Shown piece by piece: positions 49,825 to 59,325 of a stretch of 64,000 bases of DNA. Position 1 is the first letter of the stretch; each line of letters opens with the position of its first letter. A program made the position numbers and the translations under genes. Under the pieces are notes generated by a model. The model saw only the letters and a list, made by a program, of their open reading frames with translations, was not told the origin of the DNA and made no database searches. This stretch comes from Desulfobulbus sp. (GTDB lineage Bacteria; Desulfobacterota; Desulfobulbia; Desulfobulbales; Desulfobulbaceae), in contig JAXGZR010000004.1 in NCBI GenBank assembly GCA_040776885.1, forward strand, positions 240,320-304,319. The letters run 5' to 3'.

Positions 49825-50313
49825 ATGGCTACTATCCGCCGTTCCCAAACCGTAGAGCAGCAAAGGGCGCAACACAAGGGTGGTGGTCGTCCGCCCGCCG
49901 TGTTCCTATGGAACCCGACGATGGCAGTGTTGCTGAGCCTTCTTTTTACACCGGTGTTTGGCTCTCTGATGCAGATGTTGAACTGGCGAACCCTGGAAGA
50001 GCCCAATCTGGAAAAACAGTCGCAGTGGTGGTGTCTGGCCGGAGTGGGTATCTTGCTGGGCAGCCATGTCTTTTCCGCACTGTATCCCGAAGCCAGGGTG
50101 GTCGATACTTTTTCCGTCAGCTTGCTGGTGTTGTACGGCTGCGGTTGGCTTCTGCTGGCTGCACGGACACAGACGCTGTATGTGCGGGAGCGTTTTCCCA
50201 AGGGCTATGGCCGCAAGCCTTGGCATCTGGTGCTGCTTGTGGCCATAGCCGCCAGTGTGAGCTATGTGTTGCTGGGTTTTGCCTTGTCCTGCCTGGCGGA
50301 TCTGTTCCGCTGA
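49825..50313 (+). CDS. Hypothetical membrane protein
   Basis: LWNP..A.LLSLLFTPVFG...NWR.L pattern, 4 hydrophobic segments. Confidence 0.7.
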   Translation: MATIRRSQTVEQQRAQHKGGGRPPAVFLWNPTMAVLLSLLFTPVFGSLMQMLNWRTLEEPNLEKQSQWWCLAGVGILLGSHVFSALYPEARVVDTFSVSLLVLYGCGWLLLAARTQTLYVRERFPKGYGRKPWHLVLLVAIAASVSYVLLGFALSCLADLFR

Positions 50314-50429
50314 AAGTAGGGAGACGCAATGGGGCAGCGTGCATCCTTGCTGGAGCGTCTGCCGGAGAGCCTGCGCTCTGCGTTGGGCAGTTCCCTTATT
50401 ATCCTCAAGTTTGTCGTACCTTTTTATGT

Positions 50430-51755
50430 GGCTCCTCGTCATTTGGTGTGGATTTGGAGTATAAAGGGATCAAATCCACACCAAATGATGAGCAGTAGCA
50501 TGAACGGCAACGATATCATAGCATTGGGTCTGGGGCTGCAGACTCCTTGGGAGGTTACCGGGCAACTGCTCGACACATCCACAAGTCCGCATGAACTTCG
50601 GCTCACGATAGCTGCCGGGCGTGGTACGCTTTTCCCTTGTCCTGTATGCGGGAAGCTCTGTCAAGCCCATGATTTCAAGGAGATGACCTGGCGACATCTC
50701 AATTTCTTTCAGCACCATTGTTATATTACCGCCTCGGTTCCTCGTGTTCGCTGCCCAGAACATAAGGTCAAACAAGTCACGGTTCCCTGGGCGCGCAAAG
50801 GCAGCAGTTTCACCTTGCTGTTTGAGCAGGCCGCCATGCTCCTGGTCCGGGAAATGCCGGTCTTGACCACCGCAAAGCTCTTGGAAATGAATGACAAAAG
50901 ACTGTGGCGCATCGTGATGCATTATGTGAAGACCGCCATGAGCCGCCTGGATCTCAGTAGCCTGAAGGCATTCAGTCTTGATGAAACCAAATCCCGCAAG
51001 GGTCATCGGTATGTCACCGTCTTTATTGACCTTGACCGGGTCGATAAGCCGGTCGTTTTCGCGGTTGCCGGCAAAGGCAAACAGACCCTGGAATCATTCG
51101 AAAAACACCTGACCGCACACGGTGGCAAAGCCGAACAAGTCATCGAGGTGTCCGATATGTCTGCCGCCTTCATTGCCGGGGTGAGAGCCCACTTTCTCAA
51201 CAGTAGTCACACCGTTGACTGGTTTCATGTGGTGCAACTGTTCACCAAGGCGGTAGATGAGGTCCGACGCGCCGAGGCCAAGGAAACAGGGTTTCCCAAA
51301 GCCACCAGATGGGCGACCCTGAAAAATGCCGATGGTCCATTAACGGAGAAGCAGATCAATGCCTTGGCGGAACTGATGAGCATGGATATGCAGACCGTAA
51401 AGGCATGGCGTATCAAGGAGATGTTTCGCTGGGTGCGCAAGGCAACTTCGATGCGAGGCGCACAATGGCGATTGACCAATTTCATCAATGTTGCCTTGAA
51501 GCTGACTGCGGATATCGATCTGCTCAAACCAGTTCGCAAGGCTCTAAAAACAGTAGGGAAGCATCGGGAAGCCATCTTGGCGCGCTGGATATCAGGTCAC
51601 AACAATGCCAGGATCGAAGCACTCAATGGCATCTTCCAGGCAGCCAAATGCAGAGCTAGAGGATATAGAAACGATGACACGTTCGTCAGCATGATCTACC
51701 TGCTGGCTGCCCCGATACAATACTTGCTCAAATCCACTTGATTCGACGAAGAGCC
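50430..51755 (+). mobile_element. ISL3-family insertion sequence (1326 bp)
   Basis: Ends GGCTCCTCGTCATTTGGTGTGGATTTG and (rc) GGCTCTTCGTCGAATCAAGTGGATTTG (20/27); 8-bp target duplication TTTTATGT at 50422-50429 and 51756-51763. Confidence 0.95.
50500..51741 (+). CDS. ISL3 transposase
   Basis: CPVCG, WRHLNFFQH, VPRVRC, VPWARKGSSFT, LDET, DMS, DWFHVVQ, NARIEALN, ARGYRN. Confidence 0.92.
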   Translation: MNGNDIIALGLGLQTPWEVTGQLLDTSTSPHELRLTIAAGRGTLFPCPVCGKLCQAHDFKEMTWRHLNFFQHHCYITASVPRVRCPEHKVKQVTVPWARKGSSFTLLFEQAAMLLVREMPVLTTAKLLEMNDKRLWRIVMHYVKTAMSRLDLSSLKAFSLDETKSRKGHRYVTVFIDLDRVDKPVVFAVAGKGKQTLESFEKHLTAHGGKAEQVIEVSDMSAAFIAGVRAHFLNSSHTVDWFHVVQLFTKAVDEVRRAEAKETGFPKATRWATLKNADGPLTEKQINALAELMSMDMQTVKAWRIKEMFRWVRKATSMRGAQWRLTNFINVALKLTADIDLLKPVRKALKTVGKHREAILARWISGHNNARIEALNGIFQAAKCRARGYRNDDTFVSMIYLLAAPIQYLLKST

Positions 51756-52656
51756 TTTTATGTTCTCTCCGATATCCTGCTCTACTTTGATTTGCTCAGA
51801 CCGCTGGGGATATTCCTTGCGCCGTTGACCACTCTCCTGCACCTGCCGGCGGAGGCGGGGCCTGCCTTGATCGGGGGGGGGGTACTGCTCAATGTCTATA
51901 CTGCCATTGCCTTTGCTGCACCCATTGGGCTCACGCTTCATCAGTGGACGATCTTGGGTGTTTTTATCGGCATCTGTCACTCCCTACTGGTGGAGTGCGC
52001 TATCATGGCACGGCTGGGGATCGCCACCCTGTACTCTGTGCTGCTCCGACTACTCGGTGCCTTTGCCGCAACCATGCCCCTCGTCTTTTTACCCATCTCC
52101 TTGGGCAGCAACACAGGTGGCTATCAGGCGCAAGTAATCAGCAGACAGTTCAACAGTTTTACAGACATGCTGCTCAAGTCAACTGCTGAAGCCCTGATTC
52201 TTTCTGCCAAGGTAATTGTGCTGGTGTGTACGCTTGCCCTGCTCATGGACTGGATCAAATCCATTCCTGCAGTGAAGACGCATATCGAACGGGTGAACAC
52301 CACTTTTTCTATCATTGTTGGCCAACTTTTGGGCATCACCTATGGGGCGGGCATTTTGCTGCGCGAGGCCAACCGCGGCACGCTCAGCCGCCGCGATATT
52401 TTTTTTATTGGCACCTTTTTGATGATTTGCCACTCTTCCATTGAGGATATTCTTGTGTTCGTACTTTTTGGTGCGAATTGTTGGATTATTTTATTATTTT
52501 ACTTACGCGGCTTATTGCGGCGCTTGTGTTCAGTTATGTGCTCATGCGAGTGTTCCGGGGAAGAGCGCTTGATTTGGTGGTGCGCAGATAACAGGGAATA
52601 CCACGGAAAGTAGTTCCCTCCACGCTCTAACAATGCCCTCAACAAGGAGGCCTGTT

Positions 52657-53835
52657 GTGCAGAAAATGATTGTCCGTCAGTTCAGTGGAAATCTGGCAAA
52701 AATTTACTTCTGCACGGTACTCGCCTTTTGTTCCCTCTATGCGGCCCAGCCCATCCAGCCGGTTTTTCAGCAGGAATTTGCTTTAACCTCTTTGCAGGCC
52801 ATTCTCTTCACCACCCTGATGATGCTGCCGCTGGGCTTTGCCCCCATGTTCTATGGCTTTTTGCTCGAAGCCTTTTCCGTGCGTATCATCCTGCGTCTGG
52901 CCGTGCTCTTTCTGGGCGTACTTGAGCTGATTTTCTGCTGTACCAGCAACTATCTGCTCCTTCTGGTCATACGGGCCCTGCAGGGGCTCGCCATCCCTGC
53001 CATTTTTACCTCCTTGGTCAGCTACATCTCCTTTACCGCCCCAAGGGACGAAGTGCAGGCCGCAGTGGCACGCTATATTGCAGCCACTATTTTGGGTGGT
53101 TTTCTTGGTCGTTTCCTCTCCGGACTGTTCACCGAATTGGTGGGCTGGCGTTTTTTCTTTTTCCTGCTGGGGGTGCTGCTGGTGCTGGGCTACTATCAGT
53201 TGCGCAGCCTGGAGAAGGATGCCAATCTGCAGTACAGTCGGCCCCGACCTGCAGAGGTTTTCACCCTTATCCGCGAGGGACAGATCTTTTGGCTCTATCT
53301 CACCATTTTTTCTGTTTTTTTCGTGTTCGCCGGCCTGCTCAACTTTTTGCCCTTTGAGTTGAAGCGTCTCGACCCCGCCTTTGGAGAAACCGGTATTGGC
53401 TTTATGTATTTTGGCTATGTGATGGGAATTGCGGTGTCCCTCAATATTCGTCGCCTCATTACCTGGCTAGGCTCGGAATTTGCCGTGGCAGCAACAGGGC
53501 TGTGTATCTATGCCTTGGGGGTCTTTGGTTTCATGGTGCAGCAGCCTGCGGCCATGTTTGCCATCATGTTTGTCTTCTGCACCGGCATGTTCATGGTGCA
53601 CGCACTTCTCTCTGGCTATGTCAACACCTTGGCGCAGCAGAACAAGGCCATTGCCAATGGTGTCTACATCTCCTTCTACTACCTGGGCGGCACTATCGGC
53701 TCCTTTGCGCCCGGGGTTATTTATGAATATTTTGGCTGGCGAATTTTTCTTGCCTGTTTGCTGGCTATGGTTGGCGGAGCCATGTTCTGCCTGCTGCGCC
53801 TGCACGGCGCGGTTGTAGCGAACAGGGCCAGGTGA
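52657..53835 (+). CDS. MFS transporter (YnfM-like)
   Basis: SLYAAQPI, RALQGLAIP, YIAATILGGFLGR, YISFYYLGG; GTG start after AAGGAGG. Confidence 0.9.
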   Translation: MQKMIVRQFSGNLAKIYFCTVLAFCSLYAAQPIQPVFQQEFALTSLQAILFTTLMMLPLGFAPMFYGFLLEAFSVRIILRLAVLFLGVLELIFCCTSNYLLLLVIRALQGLAIPAIFTSLVSYISFTAPRDEVQAAVARYIAATILGGFLGRFLSGLFTELVGWRFFFFLLGVLLVLGYYQLRSLEKDANLQYSRPRPAEVFTLIREGQIFWLYLTIFSVFFVFAGLLNFLPFELKRLDPAFGETGIGFMYFGYVMGIAVSLNIRRLITWLGSEFAVAATGLCIYALGVFGFMVQQPAAMFAIMFVFCTGMFMVHALLSGYVNTLAQQNKAIANGVYISFYYLGGTIGSFAPGVIYEYFGWRIFLACLLAMVGGAMFCLLRLHGAVVANRAR

Positions 53836-53897
53836 GAAGACGATGGTAGGAAGTAGGGAAAGAGCGAGGTTGACGCACCTTCACCTGTGCCTGTCAT

Positions 53898-54434
53898 TTA
53901 AAACCAGAATTCCGGATACCTGCGATTTGGTGCCACATTGTTGACCAACAGGGCGATAACGAGCAGGACAATGGCTCCCAGGGCTGTTGGCATGAGGACA
54001 TACCAATACCCCAGTTGATGGATGCTTTCTCCGCCCATCACCGCAATGAGCGCTGTTGCACCTCCGGGAGGGTGGAGGGTTTTGGTGAGGTGCATGAGTG
54101 CTATGGCAATGGAAACAGCGAGCGCTGCGGCCAGCCAGGGGTAGTGACCAAGCCACTGGGCGGCTGCCACTCCCACAATGGCGGAAAACACATGGCCGCC
54201 CAGGAGATTCCTCGGTTGCGCCAGTGGGCTGCGTGTTGCTCCGTACAGCAGCACAGCAGATGCCCCAAATGAGCCGATAAGCATGGTCAGACCCTGCTGA
54301 TCAACAAGATTGTAATGCAGAAGGGCTACTGCCGTTATGCCAAGAAAACTGCCCAACCAAGACCAGCCTACCTCCACCAAACTCACCCCGGGCGGACTCT
54401 GTCCGCCGCCCTTCATTTTCTGCCAGTATTTCAT
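53898..54434 (-). CDS. HPP family membrane protein
   Basis: SWLGSFLGI, GSFGASAVLLYG..SPLAQPRN..GGH, LHPPGGATAL. Confidence 0.92.
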   Translation of the reverse strand: MKYWQKMKGGGQSPPGVSLVEVGWSWLGSFLGITAVALLHYNLVDQQGLTMLIGSFGASAVLLYGATRSPLAQPRNLLGGHVFSAIVGVAAAQWLGHYPWLAAALAVSIAIALMHLTKTLHPPGGATALIAVMGGESIHQLGYWYVLMPTALGAIVLLVIALLVNNVAPNRRYPEFWF

Positions 54435-55048
54435 GGGCGACCTCCAGTGGACAGACAGTGCAATTGCACAAGATTGGTACGGGTCACAATACCTACAGGA
54501 CGTCCTTCGGCATCTACGATTGGCAGGCGATTGATTTTTTTTTCCGTGAACAGCGTAGAAATCGCTCCCACTGTAATGTCGGGGCCTGCAGTGATGGGCG
54601 GGGCGCTCATGATCTCCCCTACAACATGGTTGCGCAGATTCATAACCATGCATCCCTTGTTACTCAGGCAATGGGTGGCTACCTGCATCATTGAAACATG
54701 CTGGCCAACTCCCATTTTTTGAAGAAAATCTTTTTCTGAAACCACGCCTACAACTCTGCCGGATTCGTCGATCACCGGTCCACCAGAAAAATGTTGATCT
54801 GCCAGGAATTTTGCCGCCAGCACCAGATCGGTGTTGACGGGCAAACAATGGGCAGGAGCTGTCATGATGTCTTTGGCTGTACGTGATTCCATGAGCCGTT
54901 GCAGGGCATGAGCATAGGCAACGCGGAACACCTCCTTGAAATCTCCAGGGGTGATGTCGATATACCCAGGAATTTCCTTCATGGCGGCAATGACATCAAA
55001 TTCGGAGAGCTCAATGGTCGTGCAGCAGACTGCATTCACCTGTTTCAT
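54431..55048 (-). CDS. Tandem CBS domain protein
   Basis: Two CBS repeats (GPVIDESGRVVGVVSEKDF, LPIVDAEGRPVGIVTRTNL); 4-bp overlap with HPP gene. Confidence 0.9.
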   Translation of the reverse strand: MKQVNAVCCTTIELSEFDVIAAMKEIPGYIDITPGDFKEVFRVAYAHALQRLMESRTAKDIMTAPAHCLPVNTDLVLAAKFLADQHFSGGPVIDESGRVVGVVSEKDFLQKMGVGQHVSMMQVATHCLSNKGCMVMNLRNHVVGEIMSAPPITAGPDITVGAISTLFTEKKINRLPIVDAEGRPVGIVTRTNLVQLHCLSTGGRP

Positions 55049-55063
55049 TGGATAACCTGTACG

Positions 55064-56353
55064 TTATTTTTTGTGTCGTAACAGAACATGCTCCAGCAGC
55101 AGCACCATCAGCGTACCCATCACAAAACCATTGCTGGCCACTGGAATAAGAATGCGAGGAAAGGAAGCTGCCACCTCTGGTGGCAAATAGGACACCAGCA
55201 CACTGGTCATTACTGGGATGCTGATTATGAGCGCGTCTTGAAAGGTAAAGCCATTGGCGCCAAAGGCCACCATCAAACCGGCAGCCAGTTGCAGGCTCAT
55301 GATGTGCAGAAGAATGGTGCCAACCACCACGGCAGGCACATTCCAGACAAAGGCCACCACTGGCGGCATGAAGGCCACCACAAGCATGACCAGGGCAGCG
55401 GGTAAAAAGCTGTAGCGGGAGGCATTGCCGTTGGAGGCGATGATGCCTGCGGTCAGGGAAAAATTTACCAGGCCGATGACGCCAAGAAAACCGGTCAGTA
55501 TGTTGGCAAGCCCAGTGAGGATCATGCCCCGCGTCAGTCGGCTCTCCATGCCTGGTGGGTGCAACAGTTTGCCAATGGATTCAATGGAGCCAAGGTCATT
55601 GATGGCCAGGGCAATGAAGCAGATGGAAAAAGAGAGAACCAGGCCCACATCCCAACTGAGGGTAGTGGTGCAGTCTCTGAAGAGCGAAGAGAAGAGTGGC
55701 AAAGTAGTCTGTTGCTGGGGAGCAGAGGAGGGGAGCAAAAGGATGCTGGCAACACTGCCACCCAAAAGCGCCCACACCAGCAGGGTCGAACGCCAGGCAC
55801 CCTTGAGCAGCCGGTCTGCTGCCAACATGCCCAAGAGCAGGATCAGGGCAAAGAGGAGACTGGCTGGTACCTGCTGCGGACTGGGCGCAGTGAGCAGAAG
55901 CTTGAGGATGGTGGGGGTAATGGTCAGGGCAATAAGTATCAGGATGGTGGCCACCACCCTGGGGGTAAACAGTTTTGCCACGTGGCGAAAGAGACCTGTG
56001 GCACAGAGCAGGCTCAGAAAGAAACCGCCTGCCATGATGCTTGTATAGATGGTGTTGATATCCTGGGTGCCGCTGGAAATGATGCCCACCAGTAAAATGA
56101 CTGCCGGCCCAACCACCAGGGGGAGGCGGTGGCCAATGGTGATTTGGGCGATCAGGGTCACGGCGATGGCAAAGAACACCTTTTGCATGTAAAGAAACTG
56201 TGCGGCAGACTCGGTGAAGTGCAGGGCCGCCACTACCTTGCCCATGATAATGGCCGAGACAGCCATCACCGCCAACCATTGCAGACCAAAGAGCAACAGG
56301 GTCGGTAGCGGTGGGCGCTCATCAATGCCGTAACGAATAAAGGGTAAGGTCAT
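55064..56353 (-). CDS. NCS2 (xanthine/uracil permease) family transporter, divergent
   Basis: YGIDERPP, GHRLPLVVGP, FTPRVVATILILI, about 13 TM segments. Confidence 0.85.
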   Translation of the reverse strand: MTLPFIRYGIDERPPLPTLLLFGLQWLAVMAVSAIIMGKVVAALHFTESAAQFLYMQKVFFAIAVTLIAQITIGHRLPLVVGPAVILLVGIISSGTQDINTIYTSIMAGGFFLSLLCATGLFRHVAKLFTPRVVATILILIALTITPTILKLLLTAPSPQQVPASLLFALILLLGMLAADRLLKGAWRSTLLVWALLGGSVASILLLPSSAPQQQTTLPLFSSLFRDCTTTLSWDVGLVLSFSICFIALAINDLGSIESIGKLLHPPGMESRLTRGMILTGLANILTGFLGVIGLVNFSLTAGIIASNGNASRYSFLPAALVMLVVAFMPPVVAFVWNVPAVVVGTILLHIMSLQLAAGLMVAFGANGFTFQDALIISIPVMTSVLVSYLPPEVAASFPRILIPVASNGFVMGTLMVLLLEHVLLRHKK

Positions 56354-56360
56354 AATTTTA

Positions 56361-57342
56361 AGTGGTTCTTAATGAAACTCAGCAATTTTCACTGGCCCAT
56401 GAGCCAGGCAGGCATTGAGCAGGCGCAAGGGAAGCTCTGGTTCCCAAAACCTGCGGTTAAAACGGTAGCAAAACTCATCAAGATATTCCTGGAGATAGTG
56501 CGAAGAAACACCGTGAAAAGTTCCGTTGATGAATTTCTTCATGTTGCCAATCATGATATGCACCAAAGGCAACCAGGTTTTGGCCTCTTCCGGCGGTGTC
56601 GCTTTCTTGAGGTGCTCATGCTCTTTGCCAACAGCGTTCAGCGCAGGCAAGGCGTCGGTCTTCACTGTCTGAGCAGTTAGTAAATGCCGGGCAAGGAAGG
56701 CTTCAACGCTTTTGTGACACACGCTGTCCACCGCCTGCATGGCAAGAAAGCCGGCTCCCTTTGCCCTGGTTTCAACTGCGACCAGCACAGGCCGTTTGCC
56801 GCCTGCTCCCCGGCCCCGTTTACCACAACGCTTGCCACCGACAAAGGCATCATCAAGTTCAATCAGATTGGAAAGCCTGTACATACTGTCTCTATGGGCC
56901 ATGGCTTGCCGGATTTTCCGCAACATGCTGCGGGCAGTGGGCCAGGAAACACCCAGGTGTTTGGATGCCCGCAGGGCAGAGATGCCGCCTTTATCAGAAG
57001 CCATGAGGTAAATGGCCCAGAACCATTTGACCAGGGATATCTTGGTGGCATGAAACAGAGTTCCGGCAGTTATGGAGACTTGATGTCGGCAGCGTGCACA
57101 TTGGTAGAGCCTGCGCGAGGCAATGAGGTATGCTTTTGTGTTGCCGCACGCAGGACATTGAAAACCGTTTGGCCATCGCACTGTGACCAGAGCCTTGGCG
57201 CAGGCCTGTTCCGTGCCGAATCGTTTCTGCCATTGTATCAAACTGAGTGCCGGCATTCGCATAGCAAGACCTCGCATTTGAAATATCAATCTGATCTTGC
57301 GTACAAATATAAGTATTAGGCTGAAGATTGTTAAGAACCACT
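56361..57342 (-). mobile_element. IS1595-family insertion sequence (about 982 bp)
   Basis: Ends AGTGGTTCTTAATGAAACTCAGC and (rc) AGTGGTTCTTAACAATCTTCAGC; flanking TAATTTT(A/T) duplication. End position uncertain by 1-2 bp. Confidence 0.88.
56369..57262 (-). CDS. IS1595 transposase
   Basis: RWPNGFQCPACG, YQCARCRHQVSITAGTLFH, IELDDAFVGG, KTD, HGVSSHYLQEYLDEFCYRFNRR. Confidence 0.92.
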   Translation of the reverse strand: MRMPALSLIQWQKRFGTEQACAKALVTVRWPNGFQCPACGNTKAYLIASRRLYQCARCRHQVSITAGTLFHATKISLVKWFWAIYLMASDKGGISALRASKHLGVSWPTARSMLRKIRQAMAHRDSMYRLSNLIELDDAFVGGKRCGKRGRGAGGKRPVLVAVETRAKGAGFLAMQAVDSVCHKSVEAFLARHLLTAQTVKTDALPALNAVGKEHEHLKKATPPEEAKTWLPLVHIMIGNMKKFINGTFHGVSSHYLQEYLDEFCYRFNRRFWEPELPLRLLNACLAHGPVKIAEFH

Positions 57343-57454
57343 TAATTTTTTGCTCATGTTCATGGGGGCAAAGGAGGGAAAAACAACGGCCTGGCCCCTA
57401 GGATAGGGGAAAGGTCTGTACTGCAGGATGCCTTCAAGCGTACTGTATACCATC

Positions 57455-58759
57455 CTACATTACAAGACCGCCTTCCCGCACTGGCATGAGCGAGGGGAGC
57501 CAGGTACTCAGGCTCGGAAAAAAGATAATGAGTGCCAAGAAGAAAGCCATGATCATGATAAAAGGGGTTACCCCACGAATGACCATGCCCAGGGTGATGT
57601 CATCTCGCAGGCTCTTGATCACATAGAGATCCATACCCACTGGTGGGGTAATCAGGGCAATGGCCATGTTTATGGTCAGAACCACGCCGTACCAGATGGG
57701 ATCGATGTTCAGGGTGAGCATGATGGGCAGCACCAGCGGTGTGGTCAGGAGCACCACGGAGACGGTCTCCAGAATCGCCCCCAAAAACAGCAGCACCAGG
57801 TTGATGGCCAAGATGAACATGAGGGGACTGAAGTTGTGCTCCATCACCAGGACGGTAAGCTGCTGGGGAATGCCCAAGATGGTCATGATCTTGCCAAAGA
57901 AATGGGCGCCGATGATGATCATGCCGATCATGCAGGAGGTGGTGAGTCCTTCCAGGCACACTTTGGGGATCTGCCGGATCGACAGAGAGCGGTAGAGCAC
58001 CATGGTGATGAACAGGCTGTACACCAGGCCAACTGCTGCCGCCTCGGTGGGTGTAAAGATGCCGGTGTAGATGCCACCGATGACCAGTATCGGTAAGAGC
58101 AAGCCGGGTAGGTTGCGTAGTGTCAGGCGTATGCGTTCTGGCCAGCCAGCCTTGGGCATGGGCTCGAAGGCGCCGCGCCGGCTGCGCCACACCGCATAGG
58201 CAGAGAGCAGCAGGGTCAGGAGCAGCCCGGGAATGACCCCGGCGATAAAAAGCCTGTCCAGCGAGGCATCGGTGATGGATGAATAGAGGATCATAGGGAT
58301 GCTGGGCGGAATCAGAATACCTAGGGTGCCGCCGCAGGCAAGCAAACCCAAGGTGAACTTCTGATCATAGCTGCGGCTGACCATAGCAGGATAGGCCACG
58401 GTGCCGATGGTGGCGGCTGTGGCCGCGCCAGAGCCGGTAATGGCGGCAAAGACAGCGCAGGACAATACCGTGGCAACACTCAGACCGCCGGGCAGATGCC
58501 GCACCCAGGTATTGACCGTTTCAAAAAGCTGGTCGCCCACTCGACCGATGAGCAGAACCTGACTCATGAAGATGAACAGTGGTACAGCCATGAGGGTGGT
58601 GCTGTTCAAGGATTCCAGTACCGTGATACCGATAAAACTTAAGGGGATACCGTTGATCAGGGCCAAGATGATCGCCGTGAGTCCGAGGCCAAAGGCAACA
58701 GGCAGGCCGGTGAGCAGGATGATGAGCAGTAGCCCGACAACAATGGCCAGCTCAAACAT
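57455..58759 (-). CDS. TRAP transporter large permease (DctM)
   Basis: AVPLFIFM, AITGSGAATA, GGTLGILIPPSI, GIFTPTE, ITPPVGMDLYV. Confidence 0.93.
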   Translation of the reverse strand: MFELAIVVGLLLIILLTGLPVAFGLGLTAIILALINGIPLSFIGITVLESLNSTTLMAVPLFIFMSQVLLIGRVGDQLFETVNTWVRHLPGGLSVATVLSCAVFAAITGSGAATAATIGTVAYPAMVSRSYDQKFTLGLLACGGTLGILIPPSIPMILYSSITDASLDRLFIAGVIPGLLLTLLLSAYAVWRSRRGAFEPMPKAGWPERIRLTLRNLPGLLLPILVIGGIYTGIFTPTEAAAVGLVYSLFITMVLYRSLSIRQIPKVCLEGLTTSCMIGMIIIGAHFFGKIMTILGIPQQLTVLVMEHNFSPLMFILAINLVLLFLGAILETVSVVLLTTPLVLPIMLTLNIDPIWYGVVLTINMAIALITPPVGMDLYVIKSLRDDITLGMVIRGVTPFIMIMAFFLALIIFFPSLSTWLPSLMPVREGGLVM

Positions 58760-59309
58760 GGACTGTCTCCTTGTTTTGTTCCAGGGTCGCTGTCCCCTGA
58801 CCGCGGCCCGCCTGCCCGTTTCCCAGCATGGCATCACAGGCCAAAAGCGCAAACTGCATGGCCAAGAGAGCAAAGGAGAGGAAGACTGGCAATTCAATGA
58901 TCCACAGGGGCACCCGCAGGGCAGTGGCCGTGGTTTCTCCGGTCTGGAGGGCATCTTGAAAATGTTGCCAACCGCTGATGGCAACCAACACGCAGAAAGC
59001 CATGCCAGCCAGCGAGGTGCAGGCATCCAGCCCCCGGTTGCATGCAGCAGGCAAATGCATTTGCAATAACTCCACCCGCACATGCCGCCCGCGCATCAGA
59101 GTGTAGGCAGCGCCGCCCACCATGGCCCAGCTGAACAGGTAGCCGCTCCATTCTGGTAGCCACTCGGAGGGTTGGCCACTGGCCCGCAGGAATACCTCGC
59201 AGAACACCATGCCGCCAATCAGGAGCAGGGCCAAGCCGCTGACCAGACCGGCAGCAAGGTTGATGCTTTCAATGCCTTTGCGCAGTGAGCGGCAGAAAAA
59301 CATGAACAT
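58752..59309 (-). CDS. TRAP transporter small permease (DctQ)
   Basis: 4 TM, E..GY..SW, RGRHVRVE, PLW. Confidence 0.9.
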   Translation of the reverse strand: MFMFFCRSLRKGIESINLAAGLVSGLALLLIGGMVFCEVFLRASGQPSEWLPEWSGYLFSWAMVGGAAYTLMRGRHVRVELLQMHLPAACNRGLDACTSLAGMAFCVLVAISGWQHFQDALQTGETTATALRVPLWIIELPVFLSFALLAMQFALLACDAMLGNGQAGRGQGTATLEQNKETVHV

Positions 59310-59325
59310 GATGGTGCTTTACGTT

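Larger units (their letters stand above)
50329..52591 (+). pseudogene. Nucleoside-recognition/Gate-domain-like membrane protein disrupted by ISL3 and by an 8-bp duplication
   Basis: Joining 50329-50429, 51764-52492 and 52501-52591 gives a seamless 306-aa ORF (..KFVVPFYVLSDILLY..; ..CWIILLTRLIAALVFSY..RR*). Confidence 0.8.

Noticed and set aside
49394-49825. 143-aa and 111-aa overlapping ORFs after the thioredoxin
   Set aside because: No recognisable motif or RBS in either frame; may be a decayed gene but I cannot support a call.
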